From the NCBI GenBank assembly GCA_043765195.1, contig JAYUJN010000001.1:6171-70170 (forward strand): DNA of 64,000 bases, given 5' to 3'. Shown one piece after another: positions 26,924 to 35,585 of the stretch; the first letter of the stretch is position 1; every line of letters begins with the position of its first letter. The position numbers and the translations under genes were made by a program. The notes below the pieces were generated by a model. It did not search any database, had not been told where the DNA came from, and saw only the letters and a program-made list of their open reading frames with translations. The stretch comes from Bacteroidota bacterium. GTDB taxonomy: Bacteria > Bacteroidota > Bacteroidia > UBA7662 > JAYUJN01.

Positions 26924-27847
26924 TTAATTCTCGCCAAGTCTGCGTTTCATTTCCTCGAGTTGTTTCAATAATTCTATATTTGTCTTTTCGCTTTCATTCA
27001 AAGCCCTCTGACTGTCGTCAAGTTCTTGCATTAGTTTGTCTGCTCTTTCTGCTTTTTCTCTTAAATCACCCGTCAAAGCATCAACAGTCCGCCAAGCCTC
27101 TTGTTCTATCTCTAATTTCTTTTTTTCCACTGGGTCTGTGCCCGAATAATGCAAAATGTCGGTTATGATTTTTACTTCTTCAATGTCTGCTTCATGCTTA
27201 AATTCCTTGGTTATTTCGGTAGAATCAAGAAAATCTGTTTGTTCAAAAACGCTTAACAACTTATCTAATTTCGTCTGATACCTATTCGTAATACGTCTTA
27301 CTTGAACTATATAACTGTCATGGGTTAGTTTTTCAACAAAATCACTTTTGGTATCAATTATCTTTTTACTGATTAAATCTCTATAATTTCTTTCTATTTT
27401 TATACACGATTCTTTGATTTCTGGGAGCTTAAATCCCAAAATATAGATTGTTGTAATTGGTAAAATCACTTTTTTGTCATTTACAATATCTTCTTTTTTA
27501 TACTGTTCGCCCAAGTAGTTTCTGAAACGCATTAAATCAATTTGATTTTTTGCTTTTTGAATCTCAATCAGTACTTTTTTGAGTTCGCCAGTTTCAGTTT
27601 TTATTGTCGCCACAAAATCTAAGCGCATCACATTGATAGAGAGGCGCTCTTGAATTTTTTGTATGATATATTTTTCTACCTCAGGGTCATCTTGGTCTAA
27701 GTCTTTGATAAAAGTAAACTCCTGCGGTTTTACTTCAACGGATTCTATGGTTTGCTCTAAAAGTGTTCCGATGAAAAACTTTGCAATGCGATTGTCTTCC
27801 ATTAGTCTTTTAAATACAACGTCGTATATAGGATTTGCAATTACCAT
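26924..27847 (-). CDS. PD-(D/E)XK nuclease family transposase-like protein with C-terminal coiled coil
   Basis: N-terminus NPIYDVVFKRLMEDNRIAKFFIGTLLEQ is typical of that family. A D...E-x-K arrangement is present (RLDFVATIK ... LIEIQKAK). The gene is markedly AT-rich compared with its flanks. Confidence 0.6.
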   Translation of the reverse strand: MVIANPIYDVVFKRLMEDNRIAKFFIGTLLEQTIESVEVKPQEFTFIKDLDQDDPEVEKYIIQKIQERLSINVMRLDFVATIKTETGELKKVLIEIQKAKNQIDLMRFRNYLGEQYKKEDIVNDKKVILPITTIYILGFKLPEIKESCIKIERNYRDLISKKIIDTKSDFVEKLTHDSYIVQVRRITNRYQTKLDKLLSVFEQTDFLDSTEITKEFKHEADIEEVKIITDILHYSGTDPVEKKKLEIEQEAWRTVDALTGDLREKAERADKLMQELDDSQRALNESEKTNIELLKQLEEMKRRLGEN

Positions 27848-27995
27848 TTTGTCTTATTTAGTCTTGTAAATGTGCCGTTTTTTAGTTTTTGTCCTAATAA
27901 TAAAGGTTGAAATATACGATTGTCCTATGATACTTAACGGTCGCACGTACTCGCAACCCTTTAATCACCCTCTTTTTACGTTACAAAGATAAAAC

Positions 27996-28027
27996 AAAAA
28001 ACCGCAACTTTACAGTTGCGGTTTTTT
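27996..28027. terminator. bidirectional rho-independent terminator
   Basis: Stem ACCGCAAC / GTTGCGGT (28001-28008 and 28015-28022) with a 6-nt loop. An A5 run lies upstream and a T-run downstream. It sits 25 nt after the stop of the minus-strand lipoprotein gene. Confidence 0.6.
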
Positions 28028-28051
28028 GAAATGAGGCGTTTGCGCCCCAAA

Positions 28052-28855
28052 TTATAATTTTACTTTGTTTACATTTATAAAAGTAATGGGCTTGCCAGCG
28101 GCATTTACTTCCCAAAGTACCACGGCGGCATACATTTTGCTCATCACCATGTTGGCTTTGTTTTTTACAAATATATAAGATTTTCCGATGTTGTCGGTGG
28201 CGGTTACAGGTCCGCTTTTTATGGTTTCGCCATAGCCAAGTGTGGCTTTACCTACTATTAGGTGGTCGTGTACAAATGGGTTTGTGGCTGCGCCAGCTTG
28301 TTGTTGGGCTATGCCATCTTGTAGTATATACACACCCAAGGCGTATATTTTGTTGCCTGCGTCCGCTTTCAAAAACTTCACACGGGCATCTATTTTTAGC
28401 GTATCGCCGCTCACGGTTTGGCGCACACCCAAACCTGCCAGTACGTTGCCAGCCGCCTTGCGGGCTGCACCAGCGGTTTTGCATTGTTGCATACTTTGCT
28501 CGTAGCCATTTATGCCCTCACCAAACGAAGGTATGCCCGATGCGCCACTTGGTGGGTACAATAGATTGTCTAATTCCACGGCTATGGGCGAAAAAAGAAC
28601 GTCGTTGTTGTTGCTTGGGTGGCAAGAAAAGCCTACGCTGGCGGTGTCTGCTGCCAATGCAGCCTTAAAATCGGGTATGCCATACTGCCCGCATGGTGGG
28701 CACCAAGTAGCCGTAATGTCGTAATACAGTACTTTTTGGTAGTCGGCGGTGGCTATTTTTTCGGGGGTGATTACCGTAGGCTCTTTTTCGCCGCAGGCAG
28801 ATAGTGCTAAGGAGGCTACGCAAGCCAAAAATGCAAGTTTAAATGTGTTTTTCAT
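28052..28855 (-). CDS. thioredoxin-fold lipoprotein with WCPPC motif (possibly Omp28-related family)
   Basis: Lipobox LALSAC and redox motif YYDITATWCPPCGQYGIP. 267 aa. The Omp28-related assignment is from memory only. Confidence 0.55.
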   Translation of the reverse strand: MKNTFKLAFLACVASLALSACGEKEPTVITPEKIATADYQKVLYYDITATWCPPCGQYGIPDFKAALAADTASVGFSCHPSNNNDVLFSPIAVELDNLLYPPSGASGIPSFGEGINGYEQSMQQCKTAGAARKAAGNVLAGLGVRQTVSGDTLKIDARVKFLKADAGNKIYALGVYILQDGIAQQQAGAATNPFVHDHLIVGKATLGYGETIKSGPVTATDNIGKSYIFVKNKANMVMSKMYAAVVLWEVNAAGKPITFINVNKVKL

Positions 28856-29075
28856 TGTAAGTTTTTTGAAGTGTTTGAATTTGGTGGTAAAGTTAATTTC
28901 TTTTTTTGGATATTAAAAATATAATTGTACGGGCATTTAGCCAACGAAGTTATAGGTACGCAAATCCGCCCAAAAGCGTTGGGTAATGCAGCAAATTTGG
29001 GTCAGAAAAATACATTTTTGGGCTGCCTGATGCAACTAAATGCTGTGTAAAACCAGATAGCAAGCCACAAAACAT

Positions 29076-29112
29076 AAAAAATCGATGAAAATTGCCAAAA
29101 AATCGATGAAAA
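29076..29112. repeat. two copies of a 16-nt direct repeat AAAAAATCGATGAAAA spaced 21 nt (candidate operator)
   Basis: Exact copies at 29076-29091 and 29097-29112, each centred on palindromic ATCGAT. They lie in the 350-bp divergent intergenic region, 48-84 nt upstream of the TATATTTG box of the C25 gene. Confidence 0.35.
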
Positions 29113-29159
29113 ACCACTTTTTTTATAGAAATAATGTACAAATACAGTTATTTCAATCC

Positions 29160-29167
29160 TATATTTG
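29160..29167 (+). promoter_or_regulatory. -7 promoter box for the C25-like gene
   Basis: TATATTTG. ATG 29206 lies 39 nt downstream. Confidence 0.45.
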
Positions 29168-29205
29168 CTTGTGATTTCTAATGTTCGTTTTTTAAAAACC
29201 CTTTT

Positions 29206-32200
29206 ATGAAAAAATTTCTCTTTTTAGCGCACTTTATCGTATTTTTACTCGTGGCGCACAGCAGTTTTGCACAGCTTTTTGGCAATGAGTGGATTAATGC
29301 CACACAACCTTACTACAAAATAAGGGTGGCGCAGCAAGGCATGGTTCGGCTATGGCAACCGCAGCTTTTGGGCGCAGGTTTGGCATCTGGCACCAACCCA
29401 AAAAATATGCACTTGTACCTAAACGGCGTAGAAGTACCCATGTATGTGCATGGCGAAGCCGACAATGCCTTTAATAATACGGATTACATAGAGTTTTTTG
29501 GTAGCCCCAACTCGGGAAGCACCGATGCTGGGCTATACGCCAACCCAGCCGACCAGCCGCACCAGTACAAAAGCCTCATAACCGATACGGCTACCTATTT
29601 TTTGACCCACAACAATACGCCAGGTTTGCGCTTTGTAGCCAGCAATACCGCCAGCCTAAGCGGCACGCCCGAGCCATATTATATGCACGAAGAGCTGCAA
29701 CTGCTCTCGGGCAGTTACTACACCAACGAATTGGTGGGTTCACGTGTGCCTCACTCCGACTATATGCCTGGCGAGCATTTGTGCAGCCCAAATTTTGCCA
29801 AAGGAAGTAACTTTAACTACACCCTAAATACGCCATATAGCTATCAAGGCACTGCACCAGCACCCAGCATTCAAATTTTGGGTTATGGGTCTAGCCAAAC
29901 TTGGATACCCAATAACCTCCATTCTCCCAAATTTTATGTAGGACCAAATGCCAGTAGCTTATCCCTTGTTTTGGATACATCTTACGCTAATTATGCCAAA
30001 ATAATGGTAAATAAGCCACTAACCATAGCCCAAATAGGTGCAGCTACCACTGCTGTGAGCATTCAATCACTACCTACCAATGGCATCGTAGAAACATCTA
30101 ACTACCACTATATAAAGCTAAAATACCCACGCAGTTTTGAGCTAAATGGCAGCAGCAGCAAACTATTCGATATAAACAGCGCAAGTGCCGCCAAAAGGAT
30201 AGAATTTGGCAACTACAATGCCGCCAAAAACACGGCTTATATATACAACCTAACCACAAATAAACGCATAAGAGCCAACCTAAATGCCAGCAACTGCGCC
30301 GCAATGCTCGATGCCAACGGAAAAATATACCTAACCGACAGCACCGATGCCATAGCAGCCATAGACGTGCAGCCGCTTACTTTTAACAATATAAATACGG
30401 CAGCCAACTACGATTTTATACTGCTCACCCACAACAAACTACTAACCGCCGCCCAAACCTACGCCAACTACCGCCGCACCAGCCAAGGCGGAAACTACAA
30501 CGTACTGGTAATAACTACCAGCACGCTCTACGACCAGTTTGGCTACGGTGTATTCAACCACCCGCTGGCAGTAAAGAATTTTATGCGCTACTTGGCAACA
30601 CAGCAAGCCAACCCACCGCAGCACTTGTTTTTGGTGGGCAAGGGCTACAACACCAAGGATTTACGGCTTGTGTCACGTTGTTTTTCTAACAATTTAGTGC
30701 CTACTTGGGGCGATATAGGCTCGGATAATATGCTTACTGCGCTCATCACCAACACATCTGTAAATGCTCCTGGCATATCCACGGGGCGGTTTTCTGCCAC
30801 CAACCCGCAGCAGGTATTGGATTATTTAGCCAAAATACAAGCCTACGAAACAGCACCCAGCGGCGCATGGCAAAAGAAAATAATAACCACCACTGGCGCA
30901 CGTTCAACAAACGATCGCACCAACTTTCGCAGTTATTTGAACCAAATGAGCCAACACTTTACTGGCTCTAAACTTGGGGCGGATACTGTAAACTTTGATA
31001 AGAGCTATGGCAACGAACCTACGCAGGTTATATCTAAAAACTTTATTTTAGACAAATTCAACCAAGGCGCTATTATGTACACTTATTTTGGGCATGGTAC
31101 TTACGGTTATGTAGATATAGATGAGGGCAAGCCCAGCGAATACCCCGACAAATTAGCAACGGGTCAGTTTCCGTTTTTGTACTACAACGGCTGTAACATA
31201 GGCAATGCCTTCGGCGATTATGTATCCAGGGGCGAAACCTTGGTAGCCGAACCCCGCAAGTGCGGTATAGGTTTGCTTTCACAATCTACTTTGGGTTTTG
31301 AGTATTACCTCGTAAAAATGGGGTTGATTTTTAGCCGCCGCTTTTCGAACGATGACTATGGGCAGCCCATAGGTGAAATTGCAAAAAGAACCGCAAATGA
31401 AATGTCTATCACATCAGAATATGACATAGTGCAGGTGCAACAAAGCGTGCTGCAATGCGACCCAGCCCTGCGCATGAGAACTTTTGCCAGCCCCGAACTT
31501 ACCGTAAGTTTTGATGCGGTGCAGCCAGCTTACAACGCATACGGCGACTCAATAAGCCTGAAAATAACCATACAAAACCTTGGTAGCACCGCACCAGACT
31601 CTATACCATACAGAATAGTGCGCACGCTACCCGACGGCACTACACAGGTATATGATTTTAAAAGTAAAAAAGTAGCCCAAAAAAATTCATTGACCATAAG
31701 CGTGCCTAACACAAACAAGTGCTGCGTGGCAGGCAACAATAGTTTTTTGGTGATTGTAGATAACACCAACCAAATAGCAGAAAGCAATGAGTCGAACAAC
31801 GCAGCGAGCTACACGCTAAACATAGCCAACGGAGCTACGGTAGCCGTTTTGCCCGTGAACCAAAGCATCGTAGCCACAAGTGCCGTGCAACTGATGGCGC
31901 AAAGCACCAACCTGCGTGCCTTGCCCGAGGTTTATACTTTCGAAATAGATACAACCATTAACTTCAACAGCAGCCAAAAAATTACGACCACCGCCAGCTC
32001 CATAAATGCTACGGCTACTGCCACAGTAAACCTTGCATTGAACAATACCGCTTACTTTTGGCGGGTGAAAACAGCCAGTGAAACCACTTGGCAGCAAAGC
32101 AATTTTACATACAGCAATGGCGCAACTGCGGGTTGGCAGCAAAATAGCTTTGAGCAGTTTAAAACCCTTTCAACCAGTCTCATTACCCTCGATGCCGCCA

Positions 32201-34077
32201 ACAAAAAGTTTGGTTTTGCCAACAATCACTACTTTATAAGTAGCAATACCGACGTTTACGGCACTTCTGGCATTTATGCTACGAGCATGAGGAACAATTT
32301 TACTTTAATGTCGGGTGGATATGATTGCGGCGCAAACTTACGCCTTGGTCATATAAAAAACAACACATTAGGCATTACAAAATTCACGGATTGTGTAGCC
32401 AACAGAGATGCCATATCCATTGATATAAGCAACCCAGCGGGCAGGCAAAGCCTAAAAAACATTTTAGACACCATACCCGCAGGTGACTATGTAGCCGTAT
32501 TTACTACCTTGGGTAGCGCAGAATACCTAAAATACAACAACTTGCTGCCCAGCCTTGCCCCTTACGGTGTGGATACCACGGCATTGCGCAACCTAAGCCC
32601 CACTTCTACTGGAAACTCACTGGCTTTTGTGGCACAAAAAGGCAACCCGAGCTTTATAAGTCAGGCGCTTGTGAACAGCCCAAGCAGCAGCCAAGATGTA
32701 TCGGCTCTTTCTCAAAACCACGTAAAAGGATTGTGGCACAGAGGCACGCTAACCACGCAGCGGGTAGGCCCAGGCACAAACTGGACGAGTTTTCAGTGCA
32801 GCTTTTTACCCAGCACCGACTCGGTACGCATAACCATATCGGGCATCAATACATCGGGCTTTGAAGTGGTGCTGGTAAACCAACAACTATCCAGTACCAT
32901 AAACTTGGCAGCCATACCCAATATAAACAATTATAGGTACCTAAAAGTAAAAGCACAGCTCTTTAACTACCGCACACGCATGGCACCGCAGCTACAAAAA
33001 TGGAGCATAAACTACACGCCGACTGCCGAAACCACCTTGGTTTTTGATGCTACGTATAGCCCAGTGGCAGATACCATGTACTCGGGAGGTGTGATACAAC
33101 AAAGCATAAAAATTAGAAATCTATCGCCCGCCACACCACCAGCTTTGCTACAATATTATTACATAAAAAATAGCAGCGGTGCAGTGGTGCATTTTATGGG
33201 AGGGAGCTTCATAAACCTAAGCGTAGCAGGCACTGCCACCGACCAAATGGTTGTGGTACTTAACCAGAGTATAAATAATTTGCCAGCGGGCAATTACACG
33301 CTCGTTACCAGCTTTTTGCCAAACGACCAGAGCTTGGAACAAAGCAAGGCAAACAACACTTTTTGTAAATCGTTTTATATAAAAGGTTCGCCGCTGCCTA
33401 TAAAAGTACTGCTGCAAGGCTGCTACAATACCAGCACAGCCCTCATGAACGACAATTTGCGCAGTTTGGGCGTTTTGCCCGCCACAGAGCAATACACAAA
33501 TATGTTGGCTGTTCCAGTAGCAAACAACTATACCATAGCACAACCCAATGTGTTAGCCCAAACGGGTAACAATGCCGTTGTGGATTGGGTAATGGTGCGC
33601 CTGCGTAGCAAAACCAACCCAGCCATAGTCGTAAAAAGCTATGTAGGTTTGTTGCAGCGAGATGGCGATTTGGTGAGTTCCGACGATGGCATTTCGCCCA
33701 TTGTTTTTGGGGTGGAAATCGACCAGTACTATGTAGAAGTGCGCCACCGAAACCATTTGAATGTAATGACAGCTACGCCCATTTCGCTACAAAGCACTGG
33801 CAACGCTATACTTGATTTTACCAACGTGAATACGCCTACTTACGGCATGAATGCCCAAAATGTAATGGGAGGTAAAAACGTGCTGGTTTCGGGCAATGCA
33901 AACCAAGACAAACAGGTAAACGCAACGGACTTTAATGCAAAATGGCTGCCACAAAATGGTCAGACTTACAACTACGTTACGCAACAAGCCGACTTTAATT
34001 TAGATGGGCAAGTAAACTCCTCTGATTTTAATACCCAATGGCTGCCAAACAACTCTAAACAATCGCAAGTGCCTTGA
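29206..34077 (+). CDS. large secreted C25 (gingipain-like) cysteine peptidase family protein with CARDB-like repeats and dockerin-like C-terminal duplication
   Basis: Signal peptide MKKFLFLAHFIVFLLVAHSSFAQ. C25-type core (FILLTHNKLLTAAQTYANYRR ... LFLVGKG) with the His-Cys dyad retained: YFGHGT (His630, 31093-31095) and YYNGCNIG (Cys663, 31192-31194). ESNESNNAASYTL-type CARDB signatures are present. The C-terminal pair NQDKQVNATDFNAKWLP / NLDGQVNSSDFNTQWLP lies at 33892-34050. No recognisable T9SS CTD. Confidence 0.7.
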   Translation: MKKFLFLAHFIVFLLVAHSSFAQLFGNEWINATQPYYKIRVAQQGMVRLWQPQLLGAGLASGTNPKNMHLYLNGVEVPMYVHGEADNAFNNTDYIEFFGSPNSGSTDAGLYANPADQPHQYKSLITDTATYFLTHNNTPGLRFVASNTASLSGTPEPYYMHEELQLLSGSYYTNELVGSRVPHSDYMPGEHLCSPNFAKGSNFNYTLNTPYSYQGTAPAPSIQILGYGSSQTWIPNNLHSPKFYVGPNASSLSLVLDTSYANYAKIMVNKPLTIAQIGAATTAVSIQSLPTNGIVETSNYHYIKLKYPRSFELNGSSSKLFDINSASAAKRIEFGNYNAAKNTAYIYNLTTNKRIRANLNASNCAAMLDANGKIYLTDSTDAIAAIDVQPLTFNNINTAANYDFILLTHNKLLTAAQTYANYRRTSQGGNYNVLVITTSTLYDQFGYGVFNHPLAVKNFMRYLATQQANPPQHLFLVGKGYNTKDLRLVSRCFSNNLVPTWGDIGSDNMLTALITNTSVNAPGISTGRFSATNPQQVLDYLAKIQAYETAPSGAWQKKIITTTGARSTNDRTNFRSYLNQMSQHFTGSKLGADTVNFDKSYGNEPTQVISKNFILDKFNQGAIMYTYFGHGTYGYVDIDEGKPSEYPDKLATGQFPFLYYNGCNIGNAFGDYVSRGETLVAEPRKCGIGLLSQSTLGFEYYLVKMGLIFSRRFSNDDYGQPIGEIAKRTANEMSITSEYDIVQVQQSVLQCDPALRMRTFASPELTVSFDAVQPAYNAYGDSISLKITIQNLGSTAPDSIPYRIVRTLPDGTTQVYDFKSKKVAQKNSLTISVPNTNKCCVAGNNSFLVIVDNTNQIAESNESNNAASYTLNIANGATVAVLPVNQSIVATSAVQLMAQSTNLRALPEVYTFEIDTTINFNSSQKITTTASSINATATATVNLALNNTAYFWRVKTASETTWQQSNFTYSNGATAGWQQNSFEQFKTLSTSLITLDAANKKFGFANNHYFISSNTDVYGTSGIYATSMRNNFTLMSGGYDCGANLRLGHIKNNTLGITKFTDCVANRDAISIDISNPAGRQSLKNILDTIPAGDYVAVFTTLGSAEYLKYNNLLPSLAPYGVDTTALRNLSPTSTGNSLAFVAQKGNPSFISQALVNSPSSSQDVSALSQNHVKGLWHRGTLTTQRVGPGTNWTSFQCSFLPSTDSVRITISGINTSGFEVVLVNQQLSSTINLAAIPNINNYRYLKVKAQLFNYRTRMAPQLQKWSINYTPTAETTLVFDATYSPVADTMYSGGVIQQSIKIRNLSPATPPALLQYYYIKNSSGAVVHFMGGSFINLSVAGTATDQMVVVLNQSINNLPAGNYTLVTSFLPNDQSLEQSKANNTFCKSFYIKGSPLPIKVLLQGCYNTSTALMNDNLRSLGVLPATEQYTNMLAVPVANNYTIAQPNVLAQTGNNAVVDWVMVRLRSKTNPAIVVKSYVGLLQRDGDLVSSDDGISPIVFGVEIDQYYVEVRHRNHLNVMTATPISLQSTGNAILDFTNVNTPTYGMNAQNVMGGKNVLVSGNANQDKQVNATDFNAKWLPQNGQTYNYVTQQADFNLDGQVNSSDFNTQWLPNNSKQSQVP

Positions 34078-34099
34078 TGTAAATGCACCTAAAACGAAC

Positions 34100-35248
34100 A
34101 TGAAACACAAAATATTTTTAATCGTAGCTGGCATTTGCCTAAGCCTAATGGCAGCGGCGCAGCCCTACGCCATAGGAAAAGCCACCCGCAACTACATAGA
34201 CCAAAGCCGCAGCAGCCGCAGCATAAATGTGGAGCTGTACTATCCAGCCCAGAGCGCAGGCACAAATACGGCGGTGGTAAGCGGCAGTTTTGGTACGATA
34301 ACGGTGGGGCATGGTTTTGTGATGGGCGTAGATGCCTACTACCACCTGCGAGATACGCTTGTGCCGATGGGCTATGTGGTGGCTCTGGTGAATATGGAGG
34401 GCGGTTTGTCGCCGAGCCACGGTAGTTTTGGGCAAGATATGGCTTTTGTAGCCCAAGCCTTAGCCGACGAAAACACGCAAAATAGCTCCATTTTTTATGC
34501 CAAGTTAAACGACAAAAAGGTGCTTTTGGGGCATTCCATGGGTGGCGGTTCTGGCATACTTGCCTCGAGCCAAAACGCCAACATAAACGGTTACATAGGT
34601 TTTGCGCCCGCCGAAACCAACCCCTCGGCTATTGCGGCAGCCAGTGGCATGAGCTGCCCCACGCTCATTTTTGCGGGCAGTGCCGACTGTGTATCGCCGC
34701 CCGCTGCCAACCAACTACCGATGTACAATGCCGCAAAAATGGGTTCGAGCTGCGCCACGTACATAGCCCTGCAAGGCGGAAGCCACTGCAAGTTTGCGTA
34801 CAACAATTTGGCGTGTAACTTTGGCGAGTCGAACTGCCAAGGCACAATTACACGTGAGGTGCAGCACCAAAGAATGTTCAAATACCTAAAACCGTTTTTG
34901 GATTATACCCTAAATGGCTCGCTGGTTAGCCTTACGCTGTTTAAAAACAACCTTACAACCGACCCAAACATTAGCTATGAGCAGCAATGTAGTGCGCAAG
35001 CCGAGCAAAATATAAGGGAAAAAATGAGTGCCAGTATCCAAAAGATTTCGGAGGGAAACTATAAAATTGTGGTGCAAGAGCCAGTAATGCTATCTGTATT
35101 TGATGTGCTGGGTAATAAAATAACGCAAAAAAATACTTACAAAAGTAGTTGGGAACTAAATAAGCAAGATTTTGGGGGCGCAGATGCCTTTTATTTTGTG
35201 CAGTTAAAAAACGCCCGCAACGAAATAATTTTTTTTAAATTGAACTAA
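34100..35248 (+). CDS. secreted alpha/beta hydrolase of the dienelactone-hydrolase/cutinase (PETase-like) type with T9SS C-terminal sorting domain
   Basis: Signal peptide. Nucleophile elbow GHSMGGG (Ser146, 34535-34537). PTLIFAGSADCVSP (Asp196, Cys197). LQGGSHCKF (His229, Cys230). The C-terminal ~80 aa (VMLSVFDVLGNKITQ ... FYFVQLKNARNEIIFFKLN) follow the T9SS CTD pattern. It starts 22 nt after the C25 gene. Confidence 0.7.
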   Translation: MKHKIFLIVAGICLSLMAAAQPYAIGKATRNYIDQSRSSRSINVELYYPAQSAGTNTAVVSGSFGTITVGHGFVMGVDAYYHLRDTLVPMGYVVALVNMEGGLSPSHGSFGQDMAFVAQALADENTQNSSIFYAKLNDKKVLLGHSMGGGSGILASSQNANINGYIGFAPAETNPSAIAAASGMSCPTLIFAGSADCVSPPAANQLPMYNAAKMGSSCATYIALQGGSHCKFAYNNLACNFGESNCQGTITREVQHQRMFKYLKPFLDYTLNGSLVSLTLFKNNLTTDPNISYEQQCSAQAEQNIREKMSASIQKISEGNYKIVVQEPVMLSVFDVLGNKITQKNTYKSSWELNKQDFGGADAFYFVQLKNARNEIIFFKLN

Positions 35249-35311
35249 CATACTATTGTGGATAAAGCGGCGTTTTAGTATAAATCTAACCAATAAACCA
35301 GAAAGATTTCT

Positions 35312-35518
35312 ATGACAAAACGCTACTCTAATGAAGTTCTAAAATTTAGTTTCGGGGAGTTTTCGGCGGACGAAAAAAATGGTTTTGAACACAAATTAAT
35401 AAGTAATATTGATTTACAAAAGCAGTGCCTGGAAATAAAGGCACTAAGTAAATTGATGCGCAATGCTTGTGTTCAGCCCCGCCAAACCACGATTGATGCT
35501 ATTTTAAATTATGCTTAA
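35312..35518 (+). CDS. small hypothetical protein (68 aa)
   Basis: ORF MTKRYSNEVLKFSFGEFSADEKNGFEHKL...IDAILNYA is followed 4 nt later by a very strong hairpin terminator, which argues a plus-strand transcript ends here. No family recognised. Confidence 0.45.
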   Translation: MTKRYSNEVLKFSFGEFSADEKNGFEHKLISNIDLQKQCLEIKALSKLMRNACVQPRQTTIDAILNYA

Positions 35519-35521
35519 ACA

Positions 35522-35554
35522 CCGCCCCCGCCCTGCGAAGCAGGGCGGGGGCGG
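35522..35554. terminator. strong GC hairpin between convergent genes (bidirectional terminator)
   Basis: Perfect 15-bp stem CCGCCCCCGCCCTGC / GCAGGGCGGGGGCGG with a GAA loop, followed by TTT. It lies between the plus-strand 68-aa ORF and the minus-strand diheme peroxidase gene. Confidence 0.7.
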
Positions 35555-35585
35555 TTTCGAAAGGCTGTTTACAAAATTTCTTGGC

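Noticed and set aside
28950-29141. 63-aa minus-strand ORF in the lipoprotein/C25 intergenic region
   Set aside because: It is AT-rich and repetitive (HRFFGNFHRFF). That repetition is just the translation of the two 16-nt direct repeats. It is better explained as regulatory DNA.
35257-35265. Perfect DnaA box TGTGGATAA downstream of the hydrolase gene, with parAB elsewhere in the window as a possible origin marker
   Set aside because: It is a single isolated box. There is no cluster of boxes, no AT-rich unwinding element next to it, no dnaA gene, and parAB is 10 kb away. It is not an origin.
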